Shown one piece after another: positions 54,072 to 64,000 of a DNA stretch of 64,000 nucleotides (positions are counted from its first letter, which is position 1; every line of letters starts with the position of its first letter). Below the pieces are notes generated by a model that was not told the origin of the DNA, searched no databases, and saw only the letters and a list, made by a program, of their open reading frames with translations. This DNA is from Octopus bimaculoides. Lineage: Eukaryota. The position numbers were made by a program, and so were the translations under genes. The stretch is taken from NCBI RefSeq assembly GCF_001194135.2, contig NC_068993.1, positions 35,568,387-35,632,386 of the forward strand, in the 5' to 3' direction.

Positions 54072-55266
54072 ATGAGTAAAAAAAGAGATATTTGACACCA
54101 TAAAATTGGACAAATAGAAGTGTATTTGAGGGATACCTCATTTAAACAGAGAGAAATTGCAAAGAAACTAAATATTTCAACTCAGACAATTAGTACAGTT
54201 TAAAAAAATGGAAAAAAGAACGAGGATTTGATAGCAAAAAGGGTTGGTAGCTGTGGATGGAAACGAGTAACAACCCCTAGGATTGATAGAAAATAAAAGA
54301 ATTTCTATCAACAATAGAATAGCATCTTGTAGTAAGATTTCCCGCGAATTAATGGAAGAGAACATCACTGTGCATCGAAGAACAATTAACAACAGATTTT
54401 TGGAAGGTGGGTTACGCGCATATCGGCCAAAGAAAAAAACCCATGCACGGGCTAAAGATCATATTGCATGGACTTCTAAGCAATGGGAGCAGGTAAGACT
54501 ACCTAAAATAGTGGATTAGAGTCTTTATGTATTGTACGCATGATAAAATATGATATTATTGATAAAATAAGATGTTACTACTGATTTCAGTTATCAAACC
54601 AACTTTATAACAGATTATTTAAAAATAGTTATTAATTTCTTCTGATTGTCATAAACTGAAACAATAACTTATTCTGGATGTCGTGTTAATGAAATATGGT
54701 TTTCAATTGGTGCCTTCGGATGAATCCACCTTAGCGGTGCTCGATGATCGGGTGCAAAGTGTGAGAGGGAGGCTTAGTGAGGAATTTCGGCCGGAGTGTC
54801 TTCGAGAAACACTGAAATTTCCACAGACGATTATGGTTTGGGAGACAATTTCTGCCTGAAAATAATTGAAGGTTCTATGAGCCAAGAGACTTACTTAGAG
54901 GTACTTATATGTAGACTAATACTAGAAGTACGGGAAAACTATGGAGACAGGCCTTGAATATCTCAACAACACTCGGCACCATGCCATACAACAAAATCGG
55001 TAAAGACATGGTTCGCTGAAAATGGTAACGTACTTCCGTGGCCAGGAAATTCACCCGACATGAATCCAATTAAGAACCTATAGAGTCTGTTGAAAGAGGA
55101 AATGCAACAATCCGCTATTACAACAAAATGCTTCATTACTGGGTACCTCATACAAGTTTGGTTCCATTCGGATAGAATCAAGGATTTGTGCAGAATACTA
55201 GTTCGTGTCATGCCTCGACGTGTACAAGCTCATAATTCTGCTAAAGTAGGGCGAACTGACTACTGA
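54072..55266 (+). pseudogene. Tc1-family (DD34E-like) transposase pseudogene with a probable intron at 54493-54706
   Basis: ATG at 54072; QREIAKKLNIS HTH, RRTINNRF..GGLRAYRPKKK, WTSKQWEQ | LVPSDES, EEFRPECL, QQHSAPCH, WPGNSPDMNPIKN, MPRRVQ, stop at 55264-55266. Confidence 0.9.
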
Positions 55267-57444
55267 AATACTAGCTCTGCGTAAATAAAAGGGAATAAAT
55301 CATCTGCCAATGCATAAATTTGGTTTATTTTACCTCTATATATAGAAATACCAAAAATTACAAAAATCCATAATAATATTACTCGTACGGTATATATAAA
55401 GCAATCGGATTTTGAAAGAAAAAAACGGCGCTAATACTGAGTTAAGATTATCAAAATCATCCTTATATATACACAGATATATTATATATACATAAAAGTG
55501 AAAAACATTGATTGGTTGGTTGTCTGTAACGTGTAGTTATCTCTTTACGCCAAGACCGATTTCAAACTAATTCTCCTTTGTTTAAGTCAATAATCATTGA
55601 CAGATGAACGATTTCATGTTCACGAAGAATCTTTAACAGCTTCGCAATCTCTTTGCTAGCTACTCACTTGGTTAGTGTCCTAATTAAATTATATTCAAGC
55701 AAGACAAAGAAAGTGTGACAGCTGAGCGATAGGCTCTACATTTATAGTGTAAAATTATTGCAAACCAGATAGTTAATAATTGCAGATTTGTAGTATGGCG
55801 TATAACGTAAATGAAATGTTGCAATTATATCTGATTGCAAATAGTATTTCTAGTCAATGGAAAAGAAGTAAAGTAAAATGCTGAAGTGCATATATCACAT
55901 TCCTCACCGATCTAATAATGGAAAGTTTACGTTGACGCTTATCCTTCAACCCATCTCTCATAAATTGATCCCTACTGTCTTTAGCTACAAAACGAAAACT
56001 TTGCATTAGGAAATCCCATACAAGCTATATCCGAAAACAAATTGTGGAAGATCACAGTGGAAACGATTTCGATTATTGGTCTGCATGGTTTTAATGATAA
56101 TATGCTAAACAATAGTGCAAAAAGTAACGACATCTATCTACTAAAATTGTTATTGCATGTGTGCGTTCGTAAGGTTTATGTGCTGATGAAAAGAAACGAA
56201 GTATTAATGGGCATCAGAAAAGTTTCGGGTTTTAAATGTTGGCTTCGCAACCGGATGGTTTAAAGGCTCCATCCCACCAATTAGATATACCTTGAGCAAG
56301 TAACTATTATCATAGCATCAGCTTAACCATAACCTTGGAATCAACGGTTTCTACCTCTGTCTTAGCCTATCAATTGTTCAACACAACCAGCTGGCCCTTG
56401 GGAGTTTTATTGGAATCCACCGTTTTGACTGAATTTGCTCCAAACACCAGTCTTCCTCTACACAGTTTAGAGGTTCTCAAAAGTATCCTTTGCATAACCA
56501 CCCTTGTCTGTATTGTACCATTAAAGTAACAGCGCAAGAATATTAATTCCAAGATTTCTAAGATTTTTAAACAGAATAAATTATGTTTTAGAGTCAGTTT
56601 ATCTTAATTAATTGATAACTAATCTGTTGTGCCAATTGAACAAGGTTATTTTAAATTGAACATGACTGATTGCTACTTCAGAAAAAAAGTAAATCATTGA
56701 AATAATATCTATAATTGTTAAAATATTTCGACACCATGGAAGGGAAGAGACTTTTTATAAAAAAAACAAACTAAAACTAGTGTATTAAAAATAAAATGGA
56801 ATGCCAGTTTCATAGAAAAAAAAACACGAAGAAGAAATAATCCCATTCATAAAGATACTCTACTTCACCATTTTGTTAAAATATCATTCCATTATATGAA
56901 ATGGTATTTGAAAATGACTATTGATAAAGAAGTAAAATAACGTTTCGAAGAATCTATGCTATGGATACATATGTGAGTGTGCGTGCATTTATATACATAT
57001 AGATGTATGTGTTTGTGCATGTGTGTGTGTGCGTGTGTGTGTGTGTTGAAAGTTATGTATATTTAGCTATTTAGATATGTATTGGTTTTATGTAATTATA
57101 TATGAAGAAATATATAGGCAAATGTGCGTGTGTGTGTTTGTGTGTGTGCGTGTTGTGTTTGTGTGTGGAGGAACACAGAACTACATATGTACGCTTGTTT
57201 GCTTTTTAATTCTTTAAATTCTTTCTACGAAGAAGAAGCTGGATCTCTTACGAAACACTTCTACCATTGATATTTTCTTGTAAAAAGATGAAAATGAAAA
57301 AGAGGAAAACAGTTATACGCAGAACTTTTTTTAAATCTTACATATATTCATTATTCCTCTTCGAGGTTGTATTTATAAACTATGTTCTAATTAGCCTGTT
57401 TCTTTACCTGAAAATCTTAACTTCACGATAATATATCTTAAATA

Positions 57445-57791
57445 GGCGCAGGCGTGGCTGTGTGGCACCATGGGCGAGCGTCTTCTACTATAGCCTCGGG
57501 CTGATCAAATCCTCATGAGTGGATTTGGTAGACGAAGACTGAAAGACACTCGTTGTGTATATATATATATATATACATATATGGGGGAGGCCTTCCCGCC
57601 ACCACTTGACATTCGGTGTTCGTGTGTTTAGGTGACAATAACTTAGCAGTTTTGCAAAAGTGGTCGATGAATTAAGTACCAGGCTTATAGAAAAATAACT
57701 TCTTCGTTCGATTCATTCGACTAAAAATTCTTCAACCCGACGTTCCAGCATGGCCGCAGTCTAATAACTGAAACAGGTAAAAGGTAAAAGG
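57445..57791 (+). mobile_element. SINE family 2 (head partly deleted)
   Basis: ggcgcaggcgtggctgtgtgg joined to caccatgggcgagcgtcttctactatagcc; tail ccagcatggccgcagtc...gtaaaagg. Confidence 0.8.
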
Positions 57792-57885
57792 TGGATTCAT
57801 TAAGATAACTAAGTGCACCAATTATTATTGATATAAACGTGAATATATAATCAGGGTAGAGAAGCTGTAGTTTTCGAAACATTTT

Positions 57886-58147
57886 CTCTTATCTTTTACT
57901 TGTTTTAGCTATTTGAATGCGGTCATGCTGAGGCACCTCCTTAGAAAGGTTTTAGTCATGCAAATCGAACCTACGACCTTTTTAATGCCTAGTACTTATT
58001 CTATCGGTCATTGTTGCCCAACTGCTACGTTACGGGGACGTAAACACACCAACACCGATTGTCAAGCGGTGGGCGGAGAAACACAGACACAAAATCATAC
58101 ATGTATGTGTGCGTGTGGGTGTGTCTGTATACATACGCACACACTCA

Positions 58148-58198
<51 letters not shown>

Positions 58199-58366
58199 AT
58201 ATACGACGAGATTCTTTTATTTTCTGTCTATTAAATCCACTAACAAGGCATTAGTCGGCCCGCAGCTATAGTAGAAAACACTTGTCAAAGGTACCACGAA
58301 ATGTCACTGAACCCGGAACCATGTAGATGGGAGGCAAACGTCTTGCCACACAGCTACGACTATGCC
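57886..58366 (-). mobile_element. SINE family 2
   Basis: Reverse complement of the same head/core/tail, with an internal (TA)n tract. Confidence 0.8.
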
Positions 58367-59135
58367 ATTTGTCTATCAATATCCGCCATCTCACAAATTT
58401 TCTCAGTAATATTCGCATGCGCAGGACTGTGTATGTGTGCATTGATTGGTAAATGGAAGGGTGGATTTACATATGCACTAGTATATGCCCGTATGTAAGA
58501 AAACATGACTGTGTCTATGTTCGAACGCATGTATGCATGTATGTATGCAGACTGAAGATAAGAGACATTTACGTATACATGCTAAGTATATTGCTTTACT
58601 TGTAAGTGGTATACTTAGCATGTATACGTAAATGTGGAGCATGATCGAGGCCCTAACAAACGAAACTATCCGAGACAATATGAAGAACGCGCCAGCGAAC
58701 TATTTATTTTAACAGTAACCTGTGCCGGTAGAAAAGACTGCGGTAGGTCTGACACTCGTGACTGTCATCGTTAAGGAGTTTATATACAACGCATAACCTG
58801 CTAGATAAACTACATTTAGGACATCACTCACAATAGTCTTAACAGTGTACTCTTTATCACCCTCGAGTTTATATGTATATAAATTTGTTACACAACTGAA
58901 ACAAATATTAATGGTTTCATGCTTTTCTGATACTTTAATTAGGCACATATATATTTTTATATATTCAACTTTACGATGAAAGTAAACAAACAAAGTTTGT
59001 TCTTTTTTTTTTTTTTTTGGAAGCGTTGAGATGTATTGTAAAAACAGAAATAAATTTATTTCTCAAACGCGTGATAATGCTATAAATAGCGTGATCAGGA
59101 TAAATTATCCATTTATTGCAGAAAAAACCGCTACT

Positions 59136-59207
59136 GGCCAGCCATGAGACTCGAACTTACATCTCTGTGATTACGCGTGAAGTGTTTTACCATTAAACTA
59201 AACTGTC
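59136..59207 (-). pseudogene. Decayed tRNA-Thr(CGT)-like gene
   Basis: GACAGTT-TA-GTTT/AAAC D-arm, loop CGCGTAA (central CGT), GTAAG-TTCGAGT-CTCAT T-arm, GGCTGGC acceptor strand, and a T6 terminator 9 nt downstream (59122-59127). The anticodon stem is mostly unpaired. Confidence 0.6.
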
Positions 59208-59394
59208 CAGCAACGAATTCTTCTGCAATTTTAGAACTTATAAATTTAGCTTCATAAGACGCTAACGTTAAATTCAACTTTACGATGAAAGTAAACAAAG
59301 TTTATTCTTTTTTAGAAGCGTTGAGATGTATATATATATTCATGTGTATGTGTATGTATATGTATAAATACATACATATATACACACACATGCT

Positions 59395-59451
59395 ATACAT
59401 ACATACATACATACATACATACATACATACATACACACACACATACATACA

Positions 59452-59483
<32 letters not shown>

Positions 59484-59512
59484 CACATACATACATGCAT
59501 ACATACATACAT
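59395..59512. repeat. (CATA)n microsatellite
   Basis: Read directly. Confidence 0.95.
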
Positions 59513-61290
59513 AAAGAGAGGGCGCGTGAAGATATGGAAAGAGCTCAAGCTAATGTGCTTTTTTTTATCTCTCCACTCAATATAAAAATAATCCAGTATG
59601 GCTCTAAAAATATACAAACAATATACGGAGAGAAGTTTCCGTAAGTTTCCTGGATATTGTACGTTAATAATGCAATTAATCATATAAGTACTTTCATTGG
59701 CTTCCCTTGCTAATCATTGTTATTGATAATGTTGTGGTTATTTAAGAGAACGATGAATTAAGAGAAACGACAGACTGATAGTCATCTATTATTAATGACA
59801 TCCTCTAAATATAAAAGTCCGACACTGAACAATGCAGAATGTACATCGTTTATGTGTCTTTAAATAAATACCTTGAACACACTTGATCTATCTCTTCCGC
59901 TAAAACAACGGATTTTTTTCCCAAAAATCAAAAGAGCACCTAATTCTGGAACTGTATATCAGTTATTTGTCATCAGTAACCGATCCTAGATGGATTAATT
60001 TCAACAACGTAGTTATATTAAAGACACATGTATTGCTCATAAGATACAGGCCTTTTGTGTTCTATTACTGCAGTTCTTTTTCTCTAAACTACAAGAAATT
60101 TAGTAGCTTCCAGTACTTATAATTATAGGCCCTTGTATGCGAAATTGTTGACCTTAAATTTATTCCTAATCCTAAAATAATCGAACATTATATCTAATAA
60201 ATGAAACGAAATGGATTTTTAACAGATGGGCAATGGGAAGGTTACACTATATACCTATTACTCACTGCGAGCAAACTCAGTGGGCGACGTCAAACGCTAT
60301 ATTCTTGTATTAGAGATGTACTTCGCAGATTAGTGATGTAGTTTGCTTTGAAATCAATCGTTCGCGGTTGGTGGCCACTGGTTGATATACTGTGTAACTA
60401 TTTTTCAATATATTCTCCAGTTGACTTGAACAAATTTGAATGAAATCAGGGAGATAGAGGCAGTGTGGAAACCCGTTGAATGGACACTACGTGTAATCCA
60501 AGGGTCCAGCTGTCATGTAGAGGCTACCTAGTTAATGGTACAATCGTCTTTGTATTAGTCAGCCACGTACACTAATCCATTGTCTAAGAAGTTCATTTTA
60601 TCAAAGATCTCAACTAATTCGCAAAAAAAAAGAGAGAAAAAGCGAAGAACCAATATCTCTTTGTTCTTGTACTTTCTGGTATTTTATTGTAACTGCACTG
60701 TTAAAGTCCTTTCACAGTTTACTAACATAACAGTAAATGATATTTACAACTAGAAGTTAAACTGGAAACAAAGAGATTAGAAACCAAACATAATTGGAAC
60801 AGATTATCTTGAGATACACTTAAGAAGTTCCAGCTGCATGAGATTTAAATCCATCTACTTAAAATATTGTCTATATCTTAGAAGTGTACGAGATTATCGT
60901 TATAATTTCCTTTATGCTGTTTAAAAAATGCCAAAATCTGATTTCTTTTCACTAGACACAGAAACAATTGTATAGGAAAGGAATCAATTGCAGGTGTTGT
61001 TATTTATCTTTATGCCAGACTCCATCGAGTACATCTATGATAAAAGGTCTCTGAGTAATACAACATTAATTTTTTTATGTATGTGCATGGTAACATATAA
61101 GATAAGAGATTGTGACGTGAGAGTGATTTAAGTTGGCCAAGCAACCATGTGTTAGCGGAAGTAATAATAATAATAATAATAACAAACAATAACAGAAACA
61201 ACAATAATAATTATGATTGGTACTTGGGTAATTGAAATAATTTAAATATGTCTGAATAATTTTCATATATATACACGAACAAATTTTATA

Positions 61291-61338
<48 letters not shown>

Positions 61339-61500
61339 GCGGTGGTGGTGGTGGTGGTGGTGGTGGTCTGCTGGTGGCGGGGGGGTGATGATGAGATGAT
61401 GATGATCATGATGATTATCATCATCATCATCATCCTCATCATCGCCATCATCATCATCATCACCACCATCATCATCATCATCATCATAATGATGATCATG

Positions 61501-62199
61501 ATTATTATTATTATTCAGTAGTTTTATTTTTATAGCGTACTTTCACTTCACTACCGAGCGCAGTTCTGTGTGCCTTGGGTATGTGCTGTGGTTTGCTGTG
61601 ATGCTCTTATGGTTACTGTATTGAAGGTGTTTTGCGTAGGATGTGTGCAGTGCCCAGTAGTGCAATTTTCTGTATGTTATATATACTTGTAAATCCTAGT
61701 ATTTTTATTATGTATTTGTTTGAATATTTTTTTTTATCATACCTAATGCACCCACCATGATAGGAATTGTTTTTGTTTTTAGATTCCACATTCGAGTTAC
61801 CTCTATTTTCAGGTCTTTGTATTTTGAAAGTTTCTCCATTTCTTTTAGACAAACGTTGTCATCTGTTGGTATCGATATATCAATTAGAAAGCATCTTTTT
61901 TCTTCGTGATCTTTGACAACTATATCTGGTCTATTTGCCTTAATTTCTGTATCTGTGTGTATTGATATATCCCAGAGTACGATTGCTTTCTCGTTTTCTG
62001 TGACCTTTTCTGGCGTGTGTTTATACCATCTTTTTTTCTGTTGTTATTCCATAGTGATAGCATAGCTTCCAGTGTATTCTTGTCCATCGCCACATATTCT
62101 GTAGTTACTTGTTATGTTTCTTTTCATTATATGTTTTTGGTAATTTCTGGTGGGGAGGCCTTGGTCGTGTGCTGCAATTAAAAATCCTTCAGTCTCTGC
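61501..62199 (-). mobile_element. Dong/R4 3' fragment, family A (zinc knuckle remnant plus REL endonuclease, (TAA)n tail)
   Basis: AETEGFLIAA, WYKHTPEKVTENEK..LWD..IHTD.EIKANRPDIVVKD, LIDISIP, KYKDL, IVGALG-like, QKIALLGTAHILRK. Confidence 0.9.
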
Positions 62200-62236
<37 letters not shown>

Positions 62237-62665
62237 CGTCTGAGAGAGCAGTACATGCCATCAAAGTGACACTGGGGTACAAATATACGAAGCCCTGTAT
62301 ATGCATCAAGACTATCTGTCTGATAAGGGTGCACCAAGCACATGCATCATAACCATATATGCGCGACATATTGATCTAATATCAAGATAAACAGCGCATG
62401 ACCTTACCAGTGGGGCACAGTTAGAATTTTCTTCAATATGTGGCTATGTTGCTCCTCCACTATTTCTGCTCGTGATCAGAGATGCACAGATCATCAGCCA
62501 CCAAGAGACATGCTCAACTGGCTAAGGTTAAGCAACTGACAAGCAAATCTGTGGTACTGAGCAGAATATATGCTGTAGCCCATGTATTATACCAAGACAA
62601 AGCACTTCCAATCAGTTAAAATCAGAAGCCAAGGGAGCATCTGCCTGGTACTGCATCCGAGCATT
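62200..62665 (-). mobile_element. Non-coding retro-derived repeat with a (TAA)n tail (unit B; probable 3' UTR or non-autonomous element)
   Basis: A 430-bp mixed-composition block between two TAA-type tracts with no ORF. Orientation is inferred from the tail. Confidence 0.5.
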
Positions 62666-63659
62666 TATTATTATTATTGTTGTTGTTGTTATTGATGTTG
62701 AAGTTGTTATTATTATCTCTTTATCACAGGCTTTGTTAGAGCTCCTGGAGTCTTGCATCCGCAGCGGGCTTACTAGCTGCAGCCTATTGGTACCATGCTA
62801 TTTGCTCTTTTCAGCTATCTAATATTTAACGGATTATACTGGGCGTGCCAAGCAGGAAAGCTTTTTGTAACAGTTCTACTGGTCACTCTATTCCAATCTC
62901 TTTTATATTCCTCTTGATTCCTTGTGATACTGTTCCCAAGGACCCAACAGTAATTGGCACTATCTTCACCTTCTTTATTTTCCAAAGCTGGGCTATTTCG
63001 TACTGAAGAGGGTTTGTAACTACCTATCTTTTCGCCTCTCTTCTTGACTATTCGTGGGTCAGAGGAACATGCAACATCAACTATATAGCATATGTGGTGC
63101 CCCTTGTTAACCACACCTAGGTCTACTCTGTTATGCTCTAACACCTGATCTTTTTGTTTGGAAAATCCTCTGGGATTTTGCTAGTCTCCGCTCATACCAC
63201 GTGTTGCTTCTCTCCAGCCCCACTTTTCGCACAGTTTCCAATGTAGCACTTTCGCTACCGGGTCGTGTCGCTACAGCTTGTGGTGGTTTAGGGCAAGTCT
63301 AGAGCATTCGTTCGTGATATGGGCAATGGTTTTATTCATTCTATTGCAGATGCGGCACAGTGCAGACACTTGCTCATTCCTAAGGCTGACCCTCCAGTTC
63401 GTGGCCAAAGCTTGGTCTTGCGCTGCCACTAAGGTGCTCTCGGTCTCTTTTTTTCTTAAGGTTCATTTCATAAGCAAATCCCAGCTATTTTTTCTAACAA
63501 CCTCTATGTGGCTACATAGAATTAATTGTGTAGTCCCTTCTTGCGTAATACTTCTTCATATCCTTTTTGCACTTCTTCCTTTGTTTACCCTTTTATCTCT
63601 GCTCTCAATACTCCCTCGTTCCTGGCTGTCGCTAGCAAGGTTCCTTTTATTTGGGCTAG

Positions 63660-63660
<1 letters not shown>
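62666..63660 (-). mobile_element. Dong/R4-like 3' fragment, family C (CCHC knuckle plus REL)
   Basis: KETESTLVAAQDQALATN, CRICN..TIAHITNEC, RHDPVAKVLHWKLCEKWG, HNRVDLGVVNK..ICYIVDVAC; frameshifted. Confidence 0.85.
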
Positions 63661-63697
<37 letters not shown>

Positions 63698-64000
63698 TAG
63701 TTTTATTTTTATAACGTGCTTTCACTTCACTACCGAGCGCAGCTCTGTGCGCCTTGGGTATGTGCTGTGGTTTGCTGTGGTGCTCTTATGTTTACTGTAT
63801 TGAAAGTGTTTTGCGTAGAATGTGTGCAGTACCCAGTAGTGCAATTTTCTGTATGTTATATATATTTGTAAGTCCTGGTGTTTTTGTTATGTATTTGTCT
63901 GAATATTTTTTTATTATACCTAAGGCACCTACTATGATAGGAATTGTTTCTGTTTTTAAATTCCACATTCGAGTTATCTCTATTTCCAGGTCTTTGTATT
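63661..64000 (-). mobile_element. Second copy of the Dong/R4 family A 3' end, running off the window
   Basis: Collinear and highly similar to 61501-61830, with a (TAA)n tail at 63661-63693. Confidence 0.9.

Noticed and set aside
53790-55430. Possible long TIRs of the intron-bearing Tc1 (similarity between about 53810-53860 and about 55345-55410)
   Set aside because: Similarity is weak and AT-rich; the ends cannot be defined by eye.

Overview
AT-rich eukaryotic, repeat-dense non-coding DNA with seven N-gaps. The SINE families resemble, from memory and unverified, those of Octopus/coleoid cephalopods. I cannot support any host protein-coding exon, rRNA or CRISPR array; most ORF-track entries are microsatellite read-throughs. 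The window is a transposon graveyard. It holds decayed Penelope-like elements (RT plus GIY-YIG) at 17.2-18.5 kb (-) and 45.1-46.8 kb (+), Dong/R4-type REL retrotransposons at 2.5-3.6 kb and as a four-unit head-to-tail pile at 61.5-64 kb, two mariner and two Tc1 relics, a non-autonomous Helentron-like element, three tRNA-derived SINE families, several fold-back elements and a decayed tRNA-Thr(CGT)-like gene. The most interesting signal is seven hammerhead-ribozyme-like motifs in three sequence families: (1) a Pol III tRNA-headed SINE-like element with a hammerhead in its 3' part, present as a head-to-head pair (16.4-16.9 kb); (2) a retrozyme-like locus with two tandem hammerheads 361 nt apart plus an inverted third copy (52.3-52.9 kb); (3) two Penelope-type terminal repeats with a non-canonical CUGUGGA core. 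A Tc1 transposase also appears to carry a 214-bp spliceosomal intron.
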